A stretch of DNA of 32,676 bases from Dehalococcoidia bacterium. GTDB lineage: Bacteria > Chloroflexota > Dehalococcoidia > SZUA-161. The notes beneath the pieces are model-generated. The model ran no database searches and had not been told where the DNA came from. It was given only the letters and a program-made list of their open reading frames with translations. Every line of letters starts with the position of its first letter. Within the stretch, counting starts at the first letter, position 1. The position numbers and the translations under genes were made by a program. Positions 1 through 8,561 of this stretch are shown one piece after another. The stretch is taken from contig JBBIRL010000002.1 of assembly GCA_037441825.1 (NCBI GenBank), forward strand, positions 1 to 32,676. Direction: 5' to 3'.

Positions 1-756
1 CGTTTCGACACCTGTCACTTTGTTATTTTTGATGACGATTTTGTTTACAGGAGTTGATAAACGGACATTGTCTTTTACTTTATCATACAACGCCGCTGTT
101 AATGTACCAAGTCCACCCTCCAGGCTGCGCATACCTTTCATCAATGAAAAAAGTGAAATCGGGTGTGCCACAGAAATATCTCTGGGACGCCCCAGGACCA
201 TGGTCGCTAGAAACGGATGAAACATCCATTCCAGTGCTTCAGGACCGCCATGTTTGAGCACAAACTCCTCAGTGCTCATTTTCGAAATCTCCGCCAGGGC
301 TTCAAAATTATGCTTTTTAGTATCAACTAATCTCATATATTTTCGCAACGCTAAAAATACTTTTATTATTTGCGGGTACGTTTTCAAGGGGAAGGCCGTG
401 AAAAAGAATCTAATGTTTTCCGGCGTAGCAACTATGGTGTCCCAAAGATTACCTCCAATGAAAACAGTTCGTATCTTGCCTTTAGTAAAGAACCCGTATC
501 GCTGTTTTTGCAGAGAAAACACCTTATCCATTAACCCCAGTTCATTGAGATATTGAAATGTCGTTTCCCACTGTGGTTCAGTGCTGCCGGCACCTATGCT
601 GAAGATATATCCCTGCTCCGTTATGCTCCTGCACCGCCCACCTGCAGTAGCCATCGATTCAAAAGTAATTACATCTACCCCCTGCTTGCGAAGCGTATAA
701 GTCGCTGAAAGCCCGGCACAACCCGCGCCAACGACAATTACTTTCTTGTTGTTCAT
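1..756 (-). CDS. NAD(P)/FAD-dependent oxidoreductase (amine-oxidase / protoporphyrinogen-oxidase / CrtI superfamily). Only the N-terminal 252 codons are present; the 3' end lies beyond the left edge.
   Basis: Absent from the supplied ORF track because no stop codon falls in the window. Manual minus-strand translation from ATG 756 gives MNNKKVIVVGAGCAGLSATYTLRKQGVDVITFESMATAGGRCRS... I checked every in-frame triplet down to base 1 and found no stop. It has a GxGxxG dinucleotide-binding fold followed by GGR. GGGAG lies 8 nt upstream of the ATG. The start is 23 nt downstream of the hypB stop on the same strand. Confidence 0.75.
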   Translation of the reverse strand, partial: MNNKKVIVVGAGCAGLSATYTLRKQGVDVITFESMATAGGRCRSITEQGYIFSIGAGSTEPQWETTFQYLNELGLMDKVFSLQKQRYGFFTKGKIRTVFIGGNLWDTIVATPENIRFFFTAFPLKTYPQIIKVFLALRKYMRLVDTKKHNFEALAEISKMSTEEFVLKHGGPEALEWMFHPFLATMVLGRPRDISVAHPISLFSLMKGMRSLEGGLGTLTAALYDKVKDNVRLSTPVNKIVIKNNKVTGVET

Positions 757-779
757 GAATCAAACTCCCAATAGGATGG

Positions 780-1457
780 CTATTTATCGTTTTCCCGAAA
801 TCCTTTGATTTCCTTCGCAAGCCAATTAACCCAGCTATCAATGCCCTCTCCGGTTTTGGCTGAGGTCTTAAAGATGCGGATATTAGAATTCAGCGCCTGT
901 ACCCTCTTTTTCATAGCATTAATGTCGAAATCGAAAACCTTCATAGTATCGATTTTATTCACCACGAGTACGTCGCAAACAGTGAACATCAGAGGGTATT
1001 TCAGGGGCTTGTCATCGCCCTCCGGTATACTGAGAATCATCGCATTCCTCATCGCCCCTGTGTCAAACTCCGCCGGGCAAACAAGATTGCCCACGTTCTC
1101 TATGATCACCAAATCGAAAGTCTGCGGTTCCAGGGCGTCTAACCCTTCTGATACCATCGTAGCATCCAAATGGCAAAAACCGCCGGTCCTCAGTTGAACA
1201 ACTTTGATACCACGGCTTGCTACTTTCTCCGAGTCCACTGTCGAAGCAATGTCAGCTTCGATGACACCTATGCGAAACTCATCCTTCAATGCGTCGATAG
1301 TTCTCAATATCAAGCTAGTCTTACCTGAACCAGGCGACGACATTAGATTTAACATGAAGGTGCCCTTGTCGCGTAATTTACGTCTCAGTTCATTCGCCAA
1401 GGCCTTGTTGTCCGAAAGTATTCCTTCCTTAACTTCTATTAGCCGTATCTTCCCCAC
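780..1457 (-). CDS. hypB: HypB-type nickel-incorporation GTPase (SIMIBI class, HypB/UreG family)
   Basis: P-loop SSPGSGKTSLI, metal-binding GGFCHLDA, ENVGNLVCPAEFD and NKID motifs. GTG start with GGAGG 6 nt upstream. Overlaps the hypA 3' end by 29 nt. There is no His-rich N-terminal tract. Confidence 0.9.
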   Translation of the reverse strand: MGKIRLIEVKEGILSDNKALANELRRKLRDKGTFMLNLMSSPGSGKTSLILRTIDALKDEFRIGVIEADIASTVDSEKVASRGIKVVQLRTGGFCHLDATMVSEGLDALEPQTFDLVIIENVGNLVCPAEFDTGAMRNAMILSIPEGDDKPLKYPLMFTVCDVLVVNKIDTMKVFDFDINAMKKRVQALNSNIRIFKTSAKTGEGIDSWVNWLAKEIKGFRENDK

Positions 1458-1806
1458 ACACTACCTCCATGGTTTCGACTCGGTACTCTTTCCCTGAGAC
1501 ATAAGCGAACTCAGTTCCCTTGCATCGAGGGCACTCGATCTGTCGCCCCGCGTGGATATCAACCTGGAAAGACTCTGAACATTTCTTGCACCGCATTACC
1601 AGGGGTACTCGCTCGATGACCAGCTTCGCACCTTCTACAAACGTACCTTTGCTGAGATAGCCAAAATAGCGCTGCATCCACTCATTCTGCAAATCGCTAA
1701 TCTCACCCACCTTAAGCGTGACAGAGAGAATCTTAGTTGCATTGTTGGCCTCGGCATATTTGACACACATATCGAATATGCTTTTTATCACCGGCAACTC
1801 GTGCAT
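1429..1806 (-). CDS. hypA: HypA-type nickel insertion metallochaperone
   Basis: N-terminal MHE nickel-binding motif and a zinc site CKKC...CPRC. The size (125 aa) is typical. The ATG lies 3 nt after the stop of the upstream Fe-S gene. Confidence 0.85.
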   Translation of the reverse strand: MHELPVIKSIFDMCVKYAEANNATKILSVTLKVGEISDLQNEWMQRYFGYLSKGTFVEGAKLVIERVPLVMRCKKCSESFQVDIHAGRQIECPRCKGTEFAYVSGKEYRVETMEVVCGEDTANRS

Positions 1807-1809
1807 GAT

Positions 1810-2790
1810 TTACCGCTTCTTCTTGCTGCCAGACGCTGTTTCTGCCTTCAACACCTCAATATCTAAAGGCTCACCAATAGATGGTTCCAGACGATATTTG
1901 ATAGCTCCCACAGAGCACTTATCTTCACAAAGTGTGCAACCCATGCACTTCCCCAGGTCGACGACTGCTTTCTGTGTTTGCTCGTCTACACTGATGGCAT
2001 GGAAGCTACAGGCCTTTGCGCAATCACCGCAACCGTTACAAGCATCGCCTACCTCAGGAACATAGCCTGAAGGAGCGAGAAAAGGATTGTCATTTGAGTT
2101 GAACAGATGCCAGTTTGTCGTGCTCATGCAACAGCAACTACAGCAATTGCAAATGCAGTTGAACCTATCGGAGGCCGGTTTCTCGAAGTAGGCGCAATGG
2201 ATGAAACCTGCCTTGTGGGCGTCTTCCAGTACCTTCACAGCTTCCTTCGGAGTTATCTTTCGGAAATACGGGTTTTGGGAGAGCAGGAAGGAAACGTTGG
2301 GTTCGCCGATCCACATACAAAGATCTTGCTCAGATGGGGGGACACAGGGATTCACCGCAGCCGCACGGCACATACAGCGTCCCAGCGCGATCGAATCGGG
2401 GCTCTCGAAAAGTATTTCCCTCGTTAGCTTAAATGGTATTATCTTCTCCGAAGGAACCAGGTGCATGTTTTCCGTCTGGCTGACCAGCTTCACGGCATCC
2501 TCGGAACGTATGATTTTCGAGTGCAGGATGCTGGTGTCCTTCGATAGGCTTCTTTCACAGACCTGGTCGACAAAGAGCTGCATCATCTCAGCGGTGCCTT
2601 TATCCACTTTCTGATAATCGGGCTCCTTTACATCGCGTCCCATCGCTTTGAGCAATTTGTACCCGAAATAATATATGTACTTCATGTACAGGTAGCCAGC
2701 GAGGGAGTCACTTTTAAAATCCAGTGGAAAAGCGTCCAGAAGGCTTTTATTTACCTTCGCAATGTCCGCCCTCTCTACCTTCTTAGCCAT
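1810..2790 (-). CDS. Cysteine-rich Fe-S protein, paralog 1. An N-terminal domain of unknown family carries CxC-x7-C-x8-C and CICNCCSCCCM, and the C-terminus is a 2x[4Fe-4S] ferredoxin domain.
   Basis: Two canonical CxxCxxCxxxC motifs (CNGCGDCAKAC, CMGCTLCEDKC). The poly-Cys run is encoded at 2125-2157. ATG start with AGGAGG upstream. Most positions are identical to the next paralog in a by-eye alignment. Confidence 0.85.
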   Translation of the reverse strand: MAKKVERADIAKVNKSLLDAFPLDFKSDSLAGYLYMKYIYYFGYKLLKAMGRDVKEPDYQKVDKGTAEMMQLFVDQVCERSLSKDTSILHSKIIRSEDAVKLVSQTENMHLVPSEKIIPFKLTREILFESPDSIALGRCMCRAAAVNPCVPPSEQDLCMWIGEPNVSFLLSQNPYFRKITPKEAVKVLEDAHKAGFIHCAYFEKPASDRFNCICNCCSCCCMSTTNWHLFNSNDNPFLAPSGYVPEVGDACNGCGDCAKACSFHAISVDEQTQKAVVDLGKCMGCTLCEDKCSVGAIKYRLEPSIGEPLDIEVLKAETASGSKKKR

Positions 2791-2878
2791 AGTGGCCTCC
2801 TATTGCTGTATCCTGCCCTATCTAATCGGAAGCAGTGACACGCATAATGCATACGCAAGTAATAAGCTGACGCTTCCT

Positions 2879-3859
2879 TCATTTACCTTTTCTTTTTCTA
2901 CCAGACGCTGCTTCTGCCTTCAGCGCCTCAATATCCAATGGCTCACCAATTGATGGCTCCAGGATCATGCTAATAGCTTCCACAGGGCATTTCTCCTCGC
3001 AAAAGCCACAGCCCATACACTTTGCCAGGTCGATGACAGCCTTCTGCGTTTGCTCGTCCACGCTGATGGCATGAAAGCCACAGGTCTCTACGCAATCACC
3101 GCAGCCGTTGCAGGTACTGCTTATCTCGGGAACATAACCCGAAGGAGCGAGAAAAGGATTATCGTTCGAGTTGAACAATTGCCAGTTTGTGAGCCCCATA
3201 CAACAGCAACTGCAGCAGTTGCATATACAGTTAAACTTGTCGGACGCCGGTTTCTCGAAGTAGGCGCACTGGTAGAAGCCTGCCTTGTGGGCGTCCTCCA
3301 GGACCCTGATGGCTTCTTTCGGGGTCACCTTTCGGAAATAAGGATTCTGAGAGCTTATGAAGGAGACATTGGGTTCACCGATCCACACGCAGAGATTTTG
3401 CTCAGAAGGGGGGACGCAGGGATTCACCGCAGCCGCACGGCACATACAGCGTCCGAGCGCAATCGAATCAGGACTTTCAAAAATTATCTCTCGGGTTACC
3501 TTAAAGGGTATTATCTTCTCCGAAGGCACCAGATGCATGTTTTCTGTCTGGGTGAGCAGCTTGACAGCGTCATCCGGCCGCACTATCTTGCCATGCATGA
3601 TGCTGGTATCTTTCGATACTCCTCTCTCAATGACTTGATCAACAAGCAGTTGTACCATCTCGGCGGTACCCTTATTCACCTTTTGGATGGGTTCACTGAC
3701 ATCACGCCCCAGCGCTTTGAGAATTTTGTTCGCGAAATAGTACATATACTTCATGTAGAGGTAACCGGAGATGGCATCGCTCTTATCATCAAGTTTGAAT
3801 GCGCCCAAGAGGTCTTTGTTTATCTTATCGTAATCTAGTTTCCCAACCTTGTTGGGCAT
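2879..3859 (-). CDS. Cysteine-rich Fe-S protein, paralog 2 (same architecture as 1810..2790)
   Basis: GRCMCRAAAVNPCVPPSEQNLC, CICNCCSCCCM (3197-3229), CNGCGDCVETC and CMGCGFCEEKC. ATG start with GAAGGAG upstream. Same length (326 aa) as paralog 1. Confidence 0.85.
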   Translation of the reverse strand: MPNKVGKLDYDKINKDLLGAFKLDDKSDAISGYLYMKYMYYFANKILKALGRDVSEPIQKVNKGTAEMVQLLVDQVIERGVSKDTSIMHGKIVRPDDAVKLLTQTENMHLVPSEKIIPFKVTREIIFESPDSIALGRCMCRAAAVNPCVPPSEQNLCVWIGEPNVSFISSQNPYFRKVTPKEAIRVLEDAHKAGFYQCAYFEKPASDKFNCICNCCSCCCMGLTNWQLFNSNDNPFLAPSGYVPEISSTCNGCGDCVETCGFHAISVDEQTQKAVIDLAKCMGCGFCEEKCPVEAISMILEPSIGEPLDIEALKAEAASGRKRKGK

Positions 3860-4163
3860 AATAATCTCCTTCTGCTATATCCTGCTCAGTTAACTCAGGG
3901 AATAAATTAGTTCTCGGATAATCACATTGCCTGGTTTCAATCCCTGAGTATCGATTTCCTGTTTTCATCTCAGCGAGATGCTCTACGTCGAGCACAATGA
4001 GATCGCCAACCTAAAAGCAAGTTCGAGCGTAGCACGAATCTTCAGACATCATAGTTCCTGGCGATAACTACGTCTGTCAGATCCGCGTTGCCGCTCGATT
4101 CAAGACAAACCACAAAGCCAATATGCCGCCGATTTAGACACCCGCTTCTTGTTCACGTCCAAC

Positions 4164-5084
4164 TTACTTTTTTGTTTTGCTCACCAACTCCTCGATATCA
4201 AGAGGCTCGCCTTTTGACGAGTCTCTCTCAAGGGTGATAGCCCCGGCTGGGCAGATGTCCTCGCAGACGCCGCAGCCCATGCACTTCGCTGCGTCGATAA
4301 CCGCTTTCTGCTCATTTTCATCCAGGCTGATGGCCTTGAACTGACAGTATTCCAGGCATTCTCCGCACCCGTTACAATAGTCGCCTATGTGTGACAGATA
4401 ACCTGAAGGAGCTATGATGGGGACTGTGCCCTCGAGCAGATTCCACATCTTGATACCCATGCAGCAGCAAGAGCAGCAATTGCAGATGGCGCTAAACTTG
4501 TTGCCCATGTCCTTCTTGAAATAGGCGGTGTGAACGTGTCCCCTTTTGTGTTCTGCCTCCAGAATAGCGACTGCCTCCTCCTGAGTGACCTTGCGGTAAT
4601 GGGGGTTGTGCTCGGCGATAAAGGAAGCCCCCGGGTCGCCAACGAAGAAGCAGACCTCCATGGGAAGACACGGCTTCTCTGAGGCCGCTCTACAGGGACA
4701 TCTTCCCACCGCAATTGACTGCGGGTTTTTCAGGATGATATCCTTGGCTAGTTTGAACGGTATCACTGTCTCCGGTGTAATGAGGGACAGCTCCCCCTTC
4801 TGTGTGACCATCTGTATAGCATCTTTAAGCTTCACTACTTTGCCGTGATAGATGCTGGTCGCTAAATCAGGTGCCCCGTCTGCAACACGCTGTACCGTGG
4901 CACGAACCAAGTCATCGAGACTTTTGTCTATCTTCTCTTCAGGCTCCCTGGCGGTCAAGCCAGACGATTGAATTGCGTGATACATAAAGTGGTCGATATA
5001 CCTCATATACACATAGGCGGAGAAGAAGTCGCTCTTGTTCTCCTCGGGGTAGGAATCGTATAGCTCCTTAGCCGAATCGCTCAT
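4164..5084 (-). CDS. Cysteine-rich Fe-S protein, paralog 3 (more diverged, 306 aa)
   Basis: GRCPCRAASEKPCLPMEVC, CNCCSCCCM (4458-4484), CNGCGECLEYC and CMGCGVCEDIC. ATG start with AGGAG upstream. Confidence 0.85.
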   Translation of the reverse strand: MSDSAKELYDSYPEENKSDFFSAYVYMRYIDHFMYHAIQSSGLTAREPEEKIDKSLDDLVRATVQRVADGAPDLATSIYHGKVVKLKDAIQMVTQKGELSLITPETVIPFKLAKDIILKNPQSIAVGRCPCRAASEKPCLPMEVCFFVGDPGASFIAEHNPHYRKVTQEEAVAILEAEHKRGHVHTAYFKKDMGNKFSAICNCCSCCCMGIKMWNLLEGTVPIIAPSGYLSHIGDYCNGCGECLEYCQFKAISLDENEQKAVIDAAKCMGCGVCEDICPAGAITLERDSSKGEPLDIEELVSKTKK

Positions 5085-5157
5085 AGTCTATCTCCTTTCA
5101 ACCTGCCCTGGCGGTCATTACAAAACCAAACCCTCTGCTCCCCCGAGCCGGAGCGGT

Positions 5158-6804
5158 TCATTCCAGGTACGTCTTAATATATTGCTCCATAGGTTTGGTA
5201 GGTTTCCACCACTTTCTGATGCCCAAATCTTCAGCCACTTTGTTGGCGCCCAGATAGCCAGACCCTCCGAGTACCATGCCGCCCGGATATGTGGAAGCAC
5301 CGCAAACATAGAGACCTTCGATGGGTGTCTTGCTGCTGGAACAATCCTGATTAGGACGGAAACAGCCGAGTTGTATGGGTTTATAGTCGCCGTGCTTGAT
5401 TCCACCGCGGCGCATATTGGGGAAGCGGGTTTCTATGCCTGCAGGCGTCTCGTGGCTGGTCATGATGATGTTATTTTTTGTCATGTTTGGCGCCGCTTTA
5501 CGCCACTTTTCCAGGATTGCATCCTCCATCTCCTTGCCTTTCTTGTCCCAGCCACCTTCGATTTCATACGGGGCGTGCATCTGGAAGAATGAAACGTAAC
5601 CGCCGTACGGAGAGCGGACTAGGTGTGGGTCGAAGAGGCTCTCACAGGTGGCGTGCCCACCGAAGTTATCACTAATCTTACCCGCCACCACGTTGTCCCA
5701 GTGAGACAGAAGCTGTTCCAAGCCCTCTATGCCGAAAATGACCATGAAGGCGTTGTTGACCCAGGGGTCATCGCAGGCATACTTTGGTGGTTCTTTGCTG
5801 GCAACATGCAGGGTGTAATAACTCCACTTGTCGTATTGCCAGCGTTCTATCGATTCCTTCAGGTCGGCCGGGAGATTTTTGGCTCCGACGAGGTTGAGAA
5901 ATGTGGAGTGCGGATCGAGTGTGGACATTACCACTTTGCTGCGAAGTACACGACCCTCTGCAAGCTGAACCCCAACTGCGCGACCGTTTTGCATAATAAT
6001 TTTGGCTACTTCAGCAGCATCTAAAATAGTTCCGCCGTTGCCAACTATCTCTCGCGCCAGGGCACCGGCAAACTTGTGTGATCCACCGTCGCAGTAACAC
6101 TTGTTAACGCCTCGTTGCAGCATGAGGGCAACAAACATACCTATTCCGGTCTCCCTGGGGTCCAGCCCCCACATGCAACTGGTATAAAGTAAAAGTGCTC
6201 TCACCCTGTCGTTTTCGAAGTTCCTGGTGATTATCTCCAGGGGGCTCTGCTCGACAAGCTCCAGCATCTCGTTACCGACCTTAGTGCGCTGCATGGCCAT
6301 TGAAATTTCTATTGGTGCCATAGGCGGTATGTAGGTAGCAGGTCCGATTATTTCATCGACTATCTTGCGCCACTTCCTCGTCAGCTTACCGAAGGCGATG
6401 GCGTCTTTATAAGATAGCTTACTTATAGAGTCCTTGGTATCTTCCACCATGCGTGTTAGCAGCAGAGACTTGCCATCCTTGAACACCATGCCGGTCTGGG
6501 CATTGGGTTTGAGCCACATTAAAGCATGGCGGTTCATATTGAAGTCCTGGAGCACGGGCATGAAATCAACCATCATATGATATATGGCATGCATGTTCGA
6601 GTAATAGCCCGGGAATAGTATCTCTTCAGTAGCCAGCCCACCTCCAACCTCGTAGCGTCGTTCTACCACAGCGACCTTTACCCCGGCTTTAGCCAGATAG
6701 GCACCCGCTATAAGACCGTTGGGGCCGCCTCCGATGATGACCACATCCCACTTGCTTTCATCAGGAAATTCATCGAATATCTTGCCAATCAATGAATCTG
6801 ACAT
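5158..6804 (-). CDS. CrtI/phytoene-desaturase-family FAD oxidoreductase, A-type subunit, copy 1
   Basis: N-terminal DVVIIGGGPNGLIAGAYLAKAG...ERRYEVGGG and C-terminal [17 protein letters not shown] flavin signature. The ATG is 1 nt after the B1 stop (TAA-A-ATG), and GGAGGAG lies inside the B1 3' end, which suggests translational coupling. Confidence 0.85.
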   Translation of the reverse strand: MSDSLIGKIFDEFPDESKWDVVIIGGGPNGLIAGAYLAKAGVKVAVVERRYEVGGGLATEEILFPGYYSNMHAIYHMMVDFMPVLQDFNMNRHALMWLKPNAQTGMVFKDGKSLLLTRMVEDTKDSISKLSYKDAIAFGKLTRKWRKIVDEIIGPATYIPPMAPIEISMAMQRTKVGNEMLELVEQSPLEIITRNFENDRVRALLLYTSCMWGLDPRETGIGMFVALMLQRGVNKCYCDGGSHKFAGALAREIVGNGGTILDAAEVAKIIMQNGRAVGVQLAEGRVLRSKVVMSTLDPHSTFLNLVGAKNLPADLKESIERWQYDKWSYYTLHVASKEPPKYACDDPWVNNAFMVIFGIEGLEQLLSHWDNVVAGKISDNFGGHATCESLFDPHLVRSPYGGYVSFFQMHAPYEIEGGWDKKGKEMEDAILEKWRKAAPNMTKNNIIMTSHETPAGIETRFPNMRRGGIKHGDYKPIQLGCFRPNQDCSSSKTPIEGLYVCGASTYPGGMVLGGSGYLGANKVAEDLGIRKWWKPTKPMEQYIKTYLE

Positions 6805-6805
6805 T

Positions 6806-8524
6806 TTACTTGTCTCCTCCGTGACGCGGCACAGCAGATACTTTGTCTTGTTGTGGAATGTACCAGGGTGAGGGATACCACCATTTGCCAGGCTCGGCTA
6901 AGCCATCCTCAATCAATATGTGCATCAGGTTGTAGGGGATAGCCATCAATGCCAGACCGCCGGGATGACACGCCGTCTGGTTGCATAAGTAGAGCCCTTC
7001 GATAGGTGTGCGGTATCGACTCAGTTCTGGTATAGGACGGTTTTCTCCCCACTGGTCGTCGCAATGGCGGGTGCCGCACCAGGTTCCGCCGATAAGGCCG
7101 GTGTTGCGAAACTCGGACTCATAAGGGGTGTTCGCCCAGTGGTGGACCAGGGTGTCATCGTTCAGGTTCTCGATGGTCTGGCTGAAAGCTTTTCTCAGGT
7201 AGGCATTTATCTCTTCCTTGACTTTGTCAAGGGCATCGGGCCCGCCTACAGTATATTCAGGCGGTGGAACATAAGTGTAGTAGGGAGAAGCTAAATAGCG
7301 TCCCGGGATGGTGCACTGTGAATCAGCGGCGTCAAACCTGTCGCCAGGGGTAGAAAGCCACATCAGCCTCTCTGGCGGCATTGTCGGTTTGCCTCTGCGT
7401 CCATCAACATCTGCTACATGCTCATAGTAAATTTCGCGCGAGTCGCAAGGGTAAGGGCCAAGGCCAGCATCGTCTCCCGAAATCGGGTTCCTGAACTTGG
7501 GTCGGCAGCGCAGCTTTTCACGGGTAAGCAAGTGGGAGACCCAGATGCTGCCTCCCTTGAGACTGATATCTTCCACCTTTCTCCTGAAGCTTGAACTCAA
7601 ATGCTGGGTTCCCACGAGCTTAGTAAAAGTCTGTTTGACATCCACATCGCTGATCACAGCCTTATTTGCCCAAATCCTCTTCTCATCGGTAGTAGCAGTT
7701 TCTCTTAATCGAACTCCTACCGCCCGTCCATCCTGAATAATAATCTCATCCACAGGACAGCAGGTGCGAACGACCACACCATGTGCTATGGCGCATCGTA
7801 TTATAGAGTGAAAATAGCCATGCATACCCCCGCGGGGAACACTAATTCCGCCGTAGATTGTAAGGGTTATGTCGCAGCCAAGAGCCGGTATGGCAACGCC
7901 CTCCCAGTGACCGGCAGCGCCTGAATACCAGGCTACCATAGCATGCATAACCTTAATAGGCTCTGTCTCAAGGTACTCGTCCATCAAGTCGAACATGGTC
8001 ATGTCGAGCAGTTCCTCGGTCCACACATCGGGCTGGTGCTTCTTATATACCTGCATATAGGGGATATTCTCGGCAGTTATCTCAACTTCAGAGGGATGGG
8101 GCGGGCACCAGAAGATTGAACGTAACAGCTCTTTGATAAAGGGAGGGCTAGTAAGCATGCCGCTTATCTTTGCCCAGCCCAGGGCGTCCTTGTCAGTTAT
8201 CGGCGCTAAACCGTAAGTAGTCGCTACGCCCCTTAATTGCTGGTCAGCGAGGTTCTTCGACTGCGGACTCCAGTCCATGCGGAAGCCGTACTTGTGCAAC
8301 TCCAGTTGCTCGAATGCGGGCGCTGGGCCAGCATACATGTACATTGCGTGGGGAGTAATGCGTACCCCTGGAATAGGCTCGGTGTTCTCAACTGCGCCCC
8401 CTGCCTCAGGTCTTTCCTCCAGAACACAAACACTGGCGCCACACTTGGCAAGATAAGCTGCAGTTCCCACTCCATTGGGTCCGCCGCCGACGATGACAAA
8501 GTCGTATCTCTCTTCTTTGGGCAT
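6806..8524 (-). CDS. CrtI/phytoene-desaturase-family FAD oxidoreductase, B-type subunit, copy 1
   Basis: YDFVIVGGGPNGVGTAAYLAKCG...EERPEAGGA and C-terminal LYLCNQTACHPGGLALM. ATG start with GAGGAG upstream. It is clearly a different paralog class from the A-type, though in the same superfamily. Confidence 0.85.
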   Translation of the reverse strand: MPKEERYDFVIVGGGPNGVGTAAYLAKCGASVCVLEERPEAGGAVENTEPIPGVRITPHAMYMYAGPAPAFEQLELHKYGFRMDWSPQSKNLADQQLRGVATTYGLAPITDKDALGWAKISGMLTSPPFIKELLRSIFWCPPHPSEVEITAENIPYMQVYKKHQPDVWTEELLDMTMFDLMDEYLETEPIKVMHAMVAWYSGAAGHWEGVAIPALGCDITLTIYGGISVPRGGMHGYFHSIIRCAIAHGVVVRTCCPVDEIIIQDGRAVGVRLRETATTDEKRIWANKAVISDVDVKQTFTKLVGTQHLSSSFRRKVEDISLKGGSIWVSHLLTREKLRCRPKFRNPISGDDAGLGPYPCDSREIYYEHVADVDGRRGKPTMPPERLMWLSTPGDRFDAADSQCTIPGRYLASPYYTYVPPPEYTVGGPDALDKVKEEINAYLRKAFSQTIENLNDDTLVHHWANTPYESEFRNTGLIGGTWCGTRHCDDQWGENRPIPELSRYRTPIEGLYLCNQTACHPGGLALMAIPYNLMHILIEDGLAEPGKWWYPSPWYIPQQDKVSAVPRHGGDK

Positions 8525-8561
8525 AGTTTTCTCCTCACCGCTCGTTTGGAACGATGTACTA

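Noticed and set aside
20-556. Plus-strand ORFs 20..220, 54..257 and 254..556 from the track
   Set aside because: They lie antisense to a continuous 252-codon minus-strand frame with a clear FAD-binding N-terminus and a ribosome-binding site. They have no recognisable motifs and no ribosome-binding sites.
659-841. 60-aa minus-strand ORF spanning the hypB / flavoprotein junction
   Set aside because: It overlaps both the hypB 3' end and the flavoprotein 5' end in a different frame. It shows no motif, and the real start of the downstream gene is ATG 756.
780-1806. Taking hypA and hypB as evidence for a NiFe-hydrogenase locus
   Set aside because: No hydrogenase structural or hypCDEF genes occur in the 32 kb. 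The genes are translationally packed between an Fe-S gene and a flavoprotein gene. They are therefore treated as orphan nickel chaperones, with the caveat that the sequence left of the window is unknown.
3050-3838. 262-aa plus-strand ORF, and similar long antisense ORFs at 10985..11755, 12016..12909, 21823..22554 and 30534..31163
   Set aside because: All lie fully inside well-supported minus-strand genes. Their translations are low-complexity and rich in R, A, G and H, and they lack ribosome-binding sites. They are most frequent in the GC-rich B2 region, as expected for chance open frames.
3978-4067. 29-aa plus-strand mini-ORF (MLYVEHNEIANLK...) in the 304-nt spacer
   Set aside because: It has no convincing ribosome-binding site and no recognisable motif. 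It lies on the opposite strand to the whole operon and is indistinguishable from chance.
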